Assembly: GCA_964016885.1 (NCBI GenBank)
Contig: OZ024740.1
Coordinates: forward strand, 410,440,001-410,504,000
Source of the DNA: Eledone cirrhosa
Lineage: Eukaryota
Reading direction: 5' to 3'
Length of the DNA: 64,000 bases
In this document: piece after piece, positions 17,001 to 31,635 of the stretch
How the letters are laid out: each line of letters opens with the position of its first letter
Numbering within the stretch: the stretch's first letter is position 1
Notes under the pieces: model-generated
Database searches by the model: none
Told to the model about the DNA's origin: nothing
What the model saw: only the letters and a program-made list of their open reading frames with translations
Program-made: the position numbers and the translations under genes

Positions 17001-20000
17001 TTTGTGTCTTCTACCACTCTATATTTTGTGTCTTCCACCACTCCACATTTTGTATTTTCCACCACTCCAGCTTTTGCATCTTCTACCACTCCACATATTG
17101 TGTCTTCCACCACTCCACATTTTGTATTTTCCACCACTCCAGCTTTTGCATCTTCTACCACTACACATTTTGTGTCTTCCACCACTCCACATTTTGTATT
17201 ATCGACGACTCCAGCTTTTGCATCTTCTACCACTCCACATTTTGTGTCTCCTACCACTCCACATTTTGTGTCTACCACCACTCCATATTTTGTGTCTTCC
17301 ACCACTCCAGCTTTTGCATCTTCTACCACTCCACATTTTGTGTCTTCCATCACCTCACTCCACATTTTGTGTCTTCCATCACTCCACTCCCCAATTTGTG
17401 TCTTCCACCACTCCACATTTTGTGTCTTCCATCACCCCACTCCACATTTTGTGTCTTTCACCACACCACATTTTGTATTTTCCACCACTCCAAATTTTCC
17501 ATCTTCTACCACTCAACATTTTGTGTATTCCACCAGTCCACTCCACATTTTGTGTCTTCCACCACTCCACTCCACATGTTGTGTCTTCCACCACTCCACA
17601 TTTTATGTCTTCCACCACTCCACATTTTGTGTCTTCCCCCACTCCACATTTTATGTCTTCCACCACTCCACATTTTGTGTCTTCTACCACTCCACATTTT
17701 GTGTCTTCCACCACTCTACATTTTGTGTCTTCCACCACTCCACATTCTGTGTCTTCCACCACTCCAGCTTTTGCATCTTCTACCACTCCACACTTTGTGT
17801 CTTCCATCACTCATCACTCCACTCTACATTTTGTGTCTTCCACCACTCAACATTTTGTATTTTCCACCACTCCAGCTTTTCATCTTCTACCACTCCACAT
17901 TTTGTGTCTTCCACCAATCCACATTTTGTGTCTTCCATCACTCCACTCCACATTTTGTGTCTTCCTTCACTCCACATTTTGTGTCTTCCACCACTCTACA
18001 TTTTGTGTCTACCACAACTCCATATTTTGTGTCTTCCACCACTCCACATTTTGTGTCTTCCATCATTCCACTCCACATTACGTGTCTTCCACCACTCCAC
18101 ATTTTGTGTTTTCTACCACTCTATATTTTGTGTCTTCCACCACTCCACATTTTGTGTCTTCCACCACTCCAGCTTTTGCCTCTTCTACCACTCCACATTT
18201 TGTGTCTTCCATCACCCCACTCCACATTTTGTGTCTTTCACCACACCACATATTGTATTTTCCACCACTCCAACTTTTCCATCTTCTACCACTCCACATT
18301 TTGTGTCTTCCACCAGTCCACTCCACATTTTGTGTCTTCCACCACTCCACATTTTCTGTCTTCCATCACTCCACTCCATATTTTGTGTCTTCCACCACCC
18401 CACTCCACATGTTGTGTCTTCCACCACTCCACATTTTATGTCTTCCACCACTCCACATTTTGTATCTTCCACCACTCTACATTTTGTGTCTTCCACCACT
18501 CCACATTTTATGTCTTCCACCACTTCACATTTTGTGTCTTCCACCACTCCAGCTTTTGCATCTTCTACCACTCCACATTTTGTGTCTTCCATCCCTCCAC
18601 TCCCCAATTTGTTTCTTCCACCACTCCACATTTTGTGTCTTCCATCAACCCACTCCACATTTTGTGTCTTTCACCACTCCACATTTTGTATTTTCCACCC
18701 CTCCAGCTTTTGCATCTTCTACCACTCCACATTTTGTGTCTTCCACCAATCCACATTTTCTGTCTTCCATCACTCCACTCCATATTTTGTGTCTTCCACC
18801 ATTCCACATTTTATGTCTTCCACCACTCCACATTTTGTGTCTTCTACCACTCCACATTTTGTGTCTTCCACCACTCCACATTTTGTGTCTTCCACCACTC
18901 CAGCTTTTGCATCTTTTACCACTCCACATTTTGTGTCTTCCACCACTCCACTCCACTCCGCATTTTGTGTTTTCCATCCCTCCACCCCCCAATTTGTGTC
19001 CTCCACCACTCCACATTTTGTGTCTTCCATCAACCCACTCCACATTTTGTGTCTTTCACCACTCCACATTTTGTATTTTCCACCCCTCCAGCTTTTGCAT
19101 CTTCTACCACTCCACATTTTGTGTCTTCCACCAATCCACATTTTCTGTCTTCCATCACTCCACTCCATATTTTGTGTCTTCCACCATTCCACATTTTATG
19201 TCTTCCACCACTCCACATTTTGTGTCTTCTACCACTCCACATTTTGTGTCTTCCACCACTCCACATTTTGTGTCTTCCACCACTCCAGCTTTTGCATCTT
19301 CTACCACTCCACATTTTGTGTCTTCCATCACTCATGACTCCACTCCACATTTTGTGTCTTCCACCACTCAACATTTTGTATTTTCCACCACTCCAGCTTT
19401 TGATCTTCTACCACTCCACATTTTGTGTCTTCCACCACTCCACATTTTGTGTCTTCCACCACTCCACTCCACATTTTGTCTCTTCCTTCACTCCACATTT
19501 TGTGTCTTCCACCACTCTACATTTTGTGTCTACCACAACTCCATATTTTGTGTCTTCCATCACTCCACATTTTGTGTCTTCCATCATTCCACTCCACATT
19601 ACGTGTCTTCCACCACTCCACATTTTGTGTCTTCTACCACTCTATATTTTGTGTCTTCCACCACTCCACATTTTGTGTCTTTCACCACTCCAGCTTTTGC
19701 ATCTTCTACCACTCCACATTTTGTGTCTTCCATCACCCCACTCCACATTTTGTGTCTTTCACCACTCCACATTTTGTATTTTCCACCACTCCAGCTTTTG
19801 CATCTTCTACCACTCCACATATTGTGTCTTCCACCACTCCACATTTTGTATTTTCCACCACTCCAGCTTTTGCATCTTCTACCACTACACATTTTGTGTC
19901 TTCCACCACTCCACATTTTGTATTATCGACGACTCCAGCTTTTGCATCTTCTACCACTCCACATTTTGTGTCTCCCACCACTCCACATTTTGTGTCTACC

Positions 20001-23000
20001 ACCACTCCATATTTTGTGTCTTCCACCACTCCAGCTTTTGCATCTTCTACCACTCCACATTTTGTGTCTTCCATCACCTCACTCCACATTTTGTGTCTTC
20101 CATCACTCCACTCCCCAATTTGTGTCTTCCACCACTCCACATTTTGTGTCTTCCATCACCCCACTCCACATTTTGTGTCTTTCACCACACCACATTTTGT
20201 ATTTTCCACCACTCCAAATTTTCCATCTTCTACCACTCAACATTTTGTGTATTCCACCAGTCCACTCCACATTTTGTGTCTTCCACCACTCCACTCCACA
20301 TGTTGTGTCTTCCACCACTCCACATTTTATGTCTTCCACCACTCCACATTTTGTGTCTTCCCCCACTCCACATTTTATGTCTTCCACCACTCCACATTTT
20401 GTGTCTTCTACCACTCCACATTTTGTGTCTTCCACCACTCTACATTTTGTGTCTTCCACCACTCCACATTCTGTGTCTTCCACCACTCCAGCTTCTGCAT
20501 CTTCTACCACTCCACACTTTGTGTCTTCCATCACTCATCACTCCACTCTACATTTTGTGTCTTCCACCACTCAACATTTTGTATTTTCCACCACTCCAGC
20601 TTTTCATCTTCTACCACTCCACATTTTGTGTCTTCCACCAATCCACATTTTGTGTCTTCCATCACTCCACTCCACATTTTGTGTCTTCCTTCACTCCACA
20701 TTTTGTGTCTTCCACCACTCTACATTTTGTGTCTACCACAACTCCATATTTTGTGTCTTCCACCACTCCACATTTTGTGTCTTCCATCATTCCACTCCAC
20801 ATTACGTGTCTTCCACCACTCCACATTTTGTGTCTTCTACCACTCTATATTTTGTGTCTTCCACCACTCCACATTTTGTGTCTTCCACCACTCCAGCTTT
20901 TGCCTCTTCTACCACTCCACATTTTGTGTCTTCCATCACCCCACTCCACATTTTGTGTCTTTCACCACACCACATATTGTATTTTCCACCACTCCAACTT
21001 TTCCATCTTCTACCACTCCACATTTTGTGTCTTCCACCAGTCCACTCCACATTTTGTGTCTTCCACCACTCCACATTTTCTGTCTTCCATCACTCCACTC
21101 CATATTTTGTGTCTTCCACCACTCCACTCCACATGTTGTGTCTTCCACCACTCCACATTTTATGTCTTCCACCACTCCACATTTTGTATCTTCCACCACT
21201 CTACATTTTGTGTCTTCCACCACTCCACATTTTATGTCTTCCACCACTTCACATTTTGTGTCTTCTACCACTCCACTTTTTGTGTCTTCCACCACTCTAC
21301 ATTTTGTGTCTTCCACCACTCCACATTTTGTGTCTTCCATCACTCATCACTCCACTCCACATTTTGTGTCTTCCACCACTCAACATTTTGTATTTTCCAC
21401 CACTCCAGCTTTTGATCTTCTACCACTCCACATTTTGTGTCTTCCACCACTCCAGCTTTTGCATCTTCTACCACTCCACATTTTGTGTCTTCCATCCCTC
21501 CACTCCCCAATTTGTTTCTTCCACCACTCCACATTTTGTGTCTTCCATCAACCCACTCCACATTTTGTGTCTTTCACCACTCCACATTTTGTATTTTCCA
21601 CCCCTCCAGCTTTTGCATCTTCTGCCAGTCCACATTTTGTGTCTTCCACCAATCCACATTTTCTGTCTTCCATCACTCCACTCCATATTTTGTGTCTTCC
21701 ACCATTCCACATTTTATGTCTTCCACCACTCCACATATTGTGTCTTCTACCACTCCACATTTTGTCTCTTCCACCACTCCACATTTAGTGTCTTCCACCA
21801 CTCCAGCTTTTGCATCTTCTACCACTCCACATTTTGTGTCTTCCACCACTCCACTCCACTCCGCATTTTGTGTTTTCCATCCCTCCACCCCCCAATTTGT
21901 GTCTTCCACCACTCCACATTTTGTGTCTTCCATCACCCCACTCCACATTTTGTGTCTTTCACCACACCACATTTTGTATTTTCCACCACTCCAAATTTTC
22001 CATCTACCACTCCACATTTTGTGTATTTCACCAGTCCACTCCACATTTTGTGTCTTCCACCACTCAACATTTTCTGTCTTCCATCACTCCACTCCATATT
22101 TTGTGTCTTACACCACTCCACATGTTGTGTCTTCCACCACTCCACATTTTATGTCTTCCACCACTCCACATTTTGTGTCTTCCCCCACTCCACATTTTGT
22201 GTCTTCCCCCACTCCACATTTTGTGTCTTCCATCACTTCACATTTTATGTCTTCGACCACTCCACATTTTGTATCTTCTACCACTCCACATTTTGTGTCT
22301 TCCACCACTCCACATTTTGTGTCTTCCACCACTCCAGCTTTTGCATCTTTTACCACTCCACATGTTGTGTCTTCCACCACTCCACTCCACTCCGCATTTT
22401 GTGTTTTCCATCCCTCCACCCCCCAATTTGTGTCTTCCACCACTCAACATTTTGTGTCTTCCATCACCCAACTCCACATTTTGTGTCTTTCACCACACCA
22501 CATTTTGTATTTTCCACCACTCCAAATTTTCCATCTTCTACCACTCCACATTTTGTGTATTCCACCAGTCCACTCCACATTTTGTGTCTTCCACCACTCA
22601 ACATTTTCTGTCTTCCATCACTCCACTCCATATTTTGTGTCTTCCACCACTCCACTCCACATGTTGTGTCTTCCACCACTCCACATTTTATGTCTTCCAC
22701 CACTCCACATTTTGTGTCTTCCCCCACTCCACATTTTGTGTCTTCCGTCACTCCACATTTTATGTCTTCCACCACTCCACATTTTGTGTCTTCTACCACT
22801 CCACATTTTGTGTCTTCCACCACTCTACATTTTGTGTCTTCCACCACTCCACATTTTGTGTCTTCCACCACTCCAGCTTTTGCATCTTCTACCACTCCAC
22901 ATTTTGTGTCTTCCATCACTCATCACTCCACTCCACATTTTGTGTCTTCCACCACTCAACATTTTGTATTTTCCACCACTCCAGCTTTTGATCTTCTACC

Positions 23001-26000
23001 ACTCCACATTTTGTGTCTTCCACCACTCCACATTTTGTGTCTTCCACCACTCCACTCCACATTTTGTGTCTTCCTTCACTCCACATTTTGTGTCTTCCAC
23101 CACTCTACATTTTGTGTCTACCACAACTCCATATTTTGTGTCTTCCACCACTCCACATTTTGTGTCTTCCATCATTCCACTCCACATTACGTGTCTTCCA
23201 CCACTCCACATTTTGTGTCTTCTACCACTCTATATTTTGTGTGTTCCACCACTCCACATTTTGTGTCTTCCACCACTCCAGCTTTTGCATCTTCTACCAC
23301 TCCACATTTTGTGTCTTCCATCACCCCACTCCACATTTTGTGTCTTTCACCACTCCACATTTTGTATTTTCCACCACTCCAGCTTTTGCATCTTCTACCA
23401 CTCCACATATTGTGTCTTCCACCACTCCACATTTTGTATTTTCCACCACTCCAGCTTTTGCATCTTCTACCACTACACATTTTGTGTCTTCCACCACTCC
23501 ACATTTTGTATTTTCCACCACTCCAGCTTTTGCATCTTCTCCCACTCCACATTTTGTGTCTCCCACCACTCCACATTTTGTGTCTACCACCACTCAACAT
23601 TTTGTGTCTTCCACCACTCCAGCTTTTGCATCTTCTACCACTCCACATTTTGTGTCTTCCATCACCCAACTCCACATTTTGTGTCTTCCATCACTCCACT
23701 CCCCAATTTGTGTCTTCCACCACTCCACATTTTGTGTCTTCCATCACCCCACTCCACATTTTGTGTCTTTCACCACACCACATTTTGTATTTTCCACCAC
23801 TCCAAATTTTCCATCTTCTACCACTCAACATTTTGTGTATTCCACCAGTCCACTCCACATTTTGTGTCTTCCACCACTCCACTCCACATGTTGTGTCTTC
23901 CACCACTCCACATTTTATGTCTTCCACCACTCCACATTTTGTGTCTTCCCCCACTCCACATTTTATGTCTTCCACCACTCCACATTTTGTGTCTTCTACC
24001 ACTCCACATTTTGTGTCTTCCACCACTCTACATTTTGTGTCTTCCACCACTCCACATTTTGTGTCTTCCACCACTCCAGCTTTTGCATCTTCTACCACTC
24101 CACACTTTGTGTCTTCCATCACTCATCACTCCACTCTACATTTTGTGTCTTCCACCACTCAACATTTTGTATTTTCCACCACTCCAGCTTTTCATCTTCT
24201 ACCACTCCACATTTTGTGTCTTCCACCAATCCACATTTTGTGTCTTCCATCACTCCACTCCACATTTTGTGTCTTCCTTCACTCCACATTTTGTGTCTTC
24301 CACCACTCTACATTTTGTGTCTACCACAACTCCATATTTTGTGTCTTCCACCACTCCACATTTTGTGTCTTCCATCATTCCACTCCACATTACGTGTCTT
24401 CCACCACTCCACATTTTGTGTCTTCTACCACTCTATATTTTGTGTCTTCCACCACTCCACATTTTGTGTCTTCCACCACTCCAGCTTTTGCCTCTTCTAC
24501 CACTCCACATTTTGTGTCTTCCATCACCCCACTCCACATTTTGTGTCTTTCACCACACCACATTTTGTATTTTCCACCACTCCAACTTTTCCATCTTCTA
24601 CCACTCCACATTTTGTGTCTTCCACCAGTCCACTCCACATTTTGTGTCTTCCACCACTCCACATTTTCTGTCTTCCATCACTCCACTCCATATTTTGTGT
24701 CTTCCACCACTACACTCGACATGTTGTGTCTTCCACCACTCCACATTTTATGTCTTCCACCACTCCACATTTTGTATCTTCCACCACTCTACATTTTGTG
24801 TCTTCCACCACTCCACATATTATGTCTTCCACCACTTCACATTTTGTGTCGTCTACCACTCCACTTTTTGTGTCTTCCACCACTCTACATTTTGTGTCTT
24901 CCACCACTCCACATTTTGTGTCTTCCATCACTCATCACTCCACTCCACATTTTGTGTCTTCCACCACTCAACATTTTGTATTTTCCACCACTCCAGCTTT
25001 TGATCTTCTACCACTCCACATTTTGTGTCTTCCACCACTCCAGCTTTTGCATCTTCTACCACTCCACATTTTGTGTCTTCCATCCCTCCACTCCCCAATT
25101 TGTTTCTTCCACCACTCCACATTTTGTGTCTTCCATCAACCCACTCCACATTTTGCGTCTTTCACCACTCCACATTTTGTATTTTCCACCCCTCCAGCTT
25201 TTGCATCTTCTACCACTCCACATTTTGTGTCTTCCACCAATCCACATTTTCTGTCTTCCATCACTCCACTCCATATTTTGTGTCTTCCACCATTCCACAT
25301 TTTATGTCTTCCACCACTCCACATTTTGTGTCTTCTACCACTCCACATTTTGTGTCTTCCACCACTCCACATTTAGTGTCTTCCACCACTCCAGCTTTTG
25401 CATCTTCTACCACTCCACATTTTGTGTCTTCCACCACTCCACTCCACTCCGCATTTTGTGTTTTCCATCCCTCCACCCCCCAATTTGTGTCTTCCACCAC
25501 TCCACATTTTGTGTCTTCCATCACCCCACTCCACATTTTGTGTCTTTCACCACACCTCATTTTGTATTTTCCACCACTCCAAATTTTCCATCTACCACTC
25601 CACATTTTGTGTATTCCACCAGTCCACTCCACATTTTGTGTCTTCCACCACTCAACATTTTCTGTCTTCCATCACTCCACTCCATATTTTGTGTCTTCCA
25701 CCACTCCACATGTTGTGTCTTCCACCACTCCACATTTTATGTCTTCCACCACTCCACATTTTGTGTCTTCCCCCACTCCACATTTTGTGTCTTCCATCAC
25801 TTCACATTTTATGTCTTCCACCACTCCACATTTTGTGTCTTCTACCACTTCACATTTTGTGTCTTCCACCACTCTACATTTTGTGTCTTCCACCACTCCA
25901 CATTTTGTGTCTTCCACCACTCCAGCTTTTGCATCTTCTACCACTCCACATTTTGTGTCTTCCACCACTCAACATTTTGTATTTTCCACCACTCCAGCTT

Positions 26001-27300
26001 TTGATCTTCTACCACTCCACATTTTGTGTCTTCCACCACTCCACATTTTGTGTCTTCCATCACTCCACTCCACATTTTGTGTCTTCCATCACTCCACTCC
26101 ACATTTTGTGTCTTCCACCACTCTACATTTTGTGTCTACCACAACTCCATATTTTGTGTCTTCCACCACTCCACATTTTGTGTCTTCCATCATTCCACTC
26201 CACATTACGTGTCTTCCACCACTCCACATTTTGTGTCTTCTACCACCCTATATTTTGTGTCTTCCACCACTCCACATTTTGTGTCTTCCACCACTCCAGC
26301 TTTTGCATCTTCTACCACTCCACATATTGTGTCTTCCACCACTCCACATTTTGTGTTTTCCACCACTCCAGCTTTTGCATCTTCTACCACTACACATTTT
26401 GTGTCTTCCACCACTCCACATTTTGTATTTTCCACCTCTCCAGCTTTTGCATCTTCTACCACTCCACATTTTGTGTCTCCCACCACTCCACATTTTGTGT
26501 CTACCACCACTTCACATTTTGTGTCTTCCACCACTCCAGCTTTTGCATCTTCTACCACTCCACATTTTGTGTCTTCCATCACCTCACTCCACATTTTGTG
26601 TCTTCCATCACTCCACTCCCCAATTTGTGTCTTCCACCACTCCACAATTTGTGTCTTCCACCACTCCACATTTTGTATTTTCCACCACTACAGCTTTTGC
26701 ATCTTCTACCACTCCACATTTTGTGTCTTCCACCACTCCACATTTTGTATTTTCCACCACTCCAGCTTTTGCATCTTCTACCACTCCACATTTTGTGTCT
26801 TCCACCACTCCATATTTTGTATTTTCCACCACTCCAGCTTTTGCATCTTGTACCACTCCACATTTTGTGTTTCCCACCACTCCACATTTTGTGTCTACCA
26901 CCACTCCACATTGTGTGTCTTCCACTACCATATCTAATCTATTTTCCACTACTCCATCTACAGTATCTTCCACCAGTTCATATTCTCTATTTTTTAGAAC
27001 TCTACATGTTCTATCCTCCAGCATTCTATACTATTATCGTCTAACTCTCCAGATGTGGTATCTTACCACACTCCAGATTCTGTATCTTCCACTAATCTAT
27101 ATTTTCTCTCACCTTTTCCAGCTTCCACAATATATTTTCTACATTCCACCTATTCTCATTTGCTACCTTCCACCAGATCACCTCTGATATCTTCTTCCAC
27201 TCCAGCTTTCGTGTCTTCCACCACACTATTCTGTTTTCCACCATTCATCTTCCCTTTTGTGTAAGCCATCACTTCAGATCTTGTCTCTTCCACCACCCAC
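5030..27300. repeat. ~22-kb satellite array, 24-bp monomer TCCACCACTCCACATTTTGTGTCT with 23/29-bp variants and higher-order duplications
   Basis: Continuous monomers from ~5110 to ~26925, with diverged monomers at both edges. Identical ORF translations recur at offsets 3197, 2623/2724 and 3588 bp. Confidence 0.97.
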
Positions 27301-27468
27301 TCACCCTTTTATTTCTACTACCATTCCACTTCTCTCTCTTTTTTATTATTTTTAAAAATATTTTTTTACTAAATATTTAACTGCCATCTTCAGAATCTTA
27401 AGTATTCATTACTGTTGATGTTGCTACTTCAATTGTCACATCATTCTAAAATTAATATAATAACAACA

Positions 27469-27523
27469 GTAGCAGTAGTAGCAGTAGCAGTAGCAGTAGT
27501 AGTAGTAGTAGTAGTAGTAGTTA

Positions 27524-27572
<49 letters not shown>

Positions 27573-27619
27573 TATAGTACTAGTAGTAATAGTAGTAGTA
27601 GTAGTAGTAGTAGTAGTTA

Positions 27620-27668
<49 letters not shown>

Positions 27669-27690
27669 TATAGTAGTAGTAGCAGTAGTA
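27469..27690. repeat. (GTA)n microsatellite
   Basis: Direct reading, with GCA/GTT/ATA interruptions. Confidence 0.95.
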
Positions 27691-27847
27691 GCAATGACAG
27701 CAACAGCATCAACAACAGTAGTTGTGGGTAAGGTGAGAGGTTATTAAAATATAATTTATTCGCTACTGCAACTAATGTAAGCTGCTATCAAATAATAGAA
27801 AGACGGTAACACTAGCTTGTAGGCGGAGTATTAGCTACATGTTGCTT

Positions 27848-30800
27848 ACTGGTGATGGTGACGGTGGTGGTGACGGTGATGGTAGTGGTGGTGGTGATGG
27901 TAGTGGTGGTGAATGTGATGGTGATGGTAGTGGTGGTGAATGTGGTGGTGATGGTAGTGGTGGTGGTGATGGTGATGGTAGTGGTGGTGAATGTGGTGGT
28001 GATGGTAGTGGTGGTGAATGTGATGGTGATGGTAGTGGTGGTGAATGTGGTGGTGATGGTAGTGGTGGTGAATGTGATGGTGATGGTAGTGGTGGTGGTG
28101 ATGGTGATGGTAGTGGTGGTGAATGTGGTGGTGATGGTAGTGGTGGTGAATGTGACGGTGATGGTAGTGGTGGTGAATGTGGTGGTGATGGTAGTGGTGG
28201 TGGTGATGGTAGTGGTGGTGGTGATGGTAGTGGTGGTGGTGATGGTGATGGTAGTGGTGGTGAATGTGATGGTGATGGTAGTGGTGGTGAATGTGATGGT
28301 GATGGTAGTGGTGGTGAATGTGATGGTGATGGTAGTGGTGGTGAATGTGGTGGTGATGGTAGTGGTGGTGGTGATGGTGATGGTAGTGGTGGTGAATGTG
28401 ATGGTGATGGTAGTGGTGGTGGTGACGGTGATGGTAGTGGTGGTGAATGTGATGGTGATGGTAGTGGTGGTGAATGTGATGGTGATGGTAGTGGTGGTGG
28501 TGATGGTGATGGTAGTGGTGGTGGTGATGGTAGTGGTGGTGAATGTGATGGTGATGGTAGTGGTGGTGAATGTGGTGGTGATGGTAGTGGTGGTGGTGAT
28601 GGTGATGGTAGTGGTGGTGAATGTGATGGTGATGGTAGTGGTGGTGGTGACGGTGATGGTAGTGGTGGTGGATGTGGTGGTGATGGTAGTGGTGGTGAAT
28701 GTGGTGGTGATGGTAGTGGTGGTGAATGTGATGGTGATGGTAGTGGTGGTGGTGATGGTGGTGATGGTAGTGGTGGTGAATGTGATGGTGATGGTAGTGG
28801 TGGTGGTGACGGTGATGGTAGTGGTGGTGAATGTGATGGTGATGGTAGTGGTGGTGGTGACGGTGATGGTAGTGGTGGTGAATGTGGTGGTGATGGTAGT
28901 GGTGGTGAATGTGGTGGTGATGGTAGTGGTGGTGACGGTCGTGGTGATGGTGATGGTGGTGGTGATGGTGGTGGTGATGATGGTAGTGGTGGTGATGGTG
29001 ACGGTGATGGTTGTAGTGATGGTGATGGTAGTGGTGGTGACGGTGGTGGTGATGGTAGTGGTGGTGACGGTGATGGCGGTGGTGATGATGGTGATGGTGG
29101 TGGTGGTGATGGTGGTGGTGGTGATGTTGACAGTGGTGGTGGTGGTGATGGTGATGGCGATGGCGGTGGTGATGGTGGTGATGGTGGTGGTGGTGAATGT
29201 GGTGGTGATGGTAGTGGTGGTGGTGATGGTGATGGTAGTGGTGGTGAATGTGATGGTGATGGTAGTGGTGGTGGTGACGGTGATGGTAGTGGTGGTGAAT
29301 GTGATGGTGATGGTAGTGGTGGTGACGGTGATGGCGGTGGTGATGATGGTGATGGTGGTGGTGGTGATGGTGGTGGTGGTGATGTTGACAGTGGTGGTGG
29401 TGGTGATGGTGATGGCGATGGCGGTGGTGATGGTGGTGATGGTAGTGGTGGTGAATGTGGTGGTGATGGTAGTGGTGGTGGTGATGGTGATGGTAGTGGT
29501 GGTGAATGTGATGGTGATGGTAGTGGTGGTGGTGACGGTGATGGTAGTGGTGGTGAATGTGATGGTGATGGTAGTGGTGGTGAATGTGATGGTGATGGTA
29601 GTGGTGGTGGTGATGGTGATGGTAGTGGTGGTGGTGATGGTAGTGGTGGTGAATGTGATGGTGATGGTAGTGGTGGTGAATGTGGTGGTGATGGTAGTGG
29701 TGGTGGTGATGGTGATGGTAGTGGTGGTGAATGTGATGGTGATGGTAGTGGTGGTGGTGACGGTGATGGTAGTGGTGGTGGATGTGGTGGTGATGGTAGT
29801 GGTGGTGAATGTGGTGGTGATGGTAGTGGTGGTGAATGTGATGGTGATGGTAGTGGTGGTGGTGATGGTGGTGATGGTAGTGGTGGTGAATGTGATGGTG
29901 ATGGTAGTGGTGGTGGTGACGGTGATGGTAGTGGTGGTGAATGTGATGGTGATGGTAGTGGTGGTGGTGACGGTGATGGTAGTGGTGGTGAATGTGGTGG
30001 TGATGGTAGTGGTGGTGAATGTGGTGGTGATGGTAGTGGTGGTGACGGTCGTGGTGATGGTGATGGTGGTGGTGATGGTGGTGGTGATGATGGTAGTGGT
30101 GGTGATGGTGACGGTGATGGTTGTAGTGATGGTGATGGTAGTGGTGGTGACGGTGGTGGTGATGGTAGTGGTGGTGACGGTGATGGCGGTGGTGATGATG
30201 GTGATGGTGGTGGTGGTGATGGTGGTGGTGGTGATGTTGACAGTGGTGGTGGTGGTGATGGTGATGGCGATGGCGGTGGTGATGGTGGTGATGGTGGTGG
30301 TGGTGGTGGTGGTGATGTTGACAGTGGTGGTGATGGTGATGGCGATGGTGGTGGTGATGGTGGTGATGGTGGTGGTGGTGATGGTGGTGGTGGTGGTGGT
30401 GGTGGTGATGGTAATGGTGGTCGTGGTGGTGATGGTGATGGTGGTGGTGGTGGTGGTGGTGTTGATGGTGGTGTTGCTGATGGTGATGGTGGTGATGGTG
30501 GTGATGGTGATGGTAATGGTGATGGTGACAGTGGTGGTGATGGGGATGGTGGTGGTGATGTTGACAGTGGTGGTGGTGGTGATGGGGGTGGTGATGGTGA
30601 TGGTGATGGCGATGGTGGTGGTGATGGTGGTAGTGGTAGTGATGGTGGTGGTGGTGATGGTGATGGTGGTGGTGGTGGTGATGGTGGTAGTGGTAGTGAT
30701 GGTGGTGGTGGTGTTGAAGGTGATGGTGGTGGTGATAGTGGTGATGGTGATGGTGGTGGTGATGGTGGTGGTGATGGTGGTGATGGTGATGGTGGTGGTG

Positions 30801-31422
30801 ATGGTGGTGGTGGTGATGGTGGTGTTGATGGTGATGGTGGTGGTGATCGTGGTGATGGTGATGGTGGTGATGATGATGGTGATGGTGATGGTGGTGTTGA
30901 TGGTGATGGTGATGGGGGTGGTGATAGTTGTGGTGATGGTGACAGTGGTGGTGATGGTGATGGTGGTGGTGATGGTGATGGTGGTGGTGATGATGGTGGT
31001 GGTGTTGATGGTGATGGTGGTGGTGATGGCGGTGGTGACGGTGATGGTGGTGGTGGTGCTGATGGTGATGGTAATGGTGATGGTGATGGTGGTGATGGTG
31101 GTGATGGTGATAGTGATGGTCGTGGTGGTGGTGGTGGTGATGGTGGTGGTGGTGGTGATGGTGATGGTGGTGGTGGTAGTGGTGGTGTTGATGGTGGTGG
31201 TGCTGATGGTGATGGTGGTGATGGTGGTGATGGTGGTGATGGTGGTGATGGTAATGGTAATGGTAATGGTGGTGGTGGTGGTGATGGTAATGGTGGTAAA
31301 GGTGATGTTAATGGTGATGGTGATGGTGATGGTGATGGTGATGGTGATGGTGGTGATGGTGATGTTGGTGATGGTGGTGATGGGGGTGGTGATAGTTTTG
31401 GTGATGGTGATGGTGATGGTGG
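27848..31422. repeat. GGT/GAT triplet-derived array; the left part is a 24-bp minisatellite GGTGATGGTAGTGGTGGTGAATGT
   Basis: Triplet phase is kept over 3.6 kb. Markers GACGGTCGT, TTGTAGTGAT and GGATGT recur at a 1110-bp offset (e.g. 29011/30121). Confidence 0.95.
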
Positions 31423-31635
31423 AAACATTTGTTGTGGTATCGATGCTATATTTCTGGTATAGGTAATGTGGTAGATATGATGTTTGTGCCAGTGATGTTG
31501 GTGTGGTTTTGAGGTCGCCGTGTTACTGATAGCGGTTGTGGTGGTTTTGCTACTGGTGCTGGTACACTGACGGTTTTTTGTATGTGATGATACTGATTGT
31601 AGCGGTATTTGTAAAACCTGCCCATAATATTGTTA

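Noticed and set aside
5110-26925. CRISPR-like regular short repeats
   Set aside because: Monomers are contiguous with no unique spacers; no cas genes; eukaryotic context
4845-27187. Giant ORFs (up to 3372 aa; STTPHFVS / LHILCLPP / HHSTFCVF)
   Set aside because: The monomer has no stop in any + frame, and 23/29-bp variants constantly switch frame, so no frame is conserved
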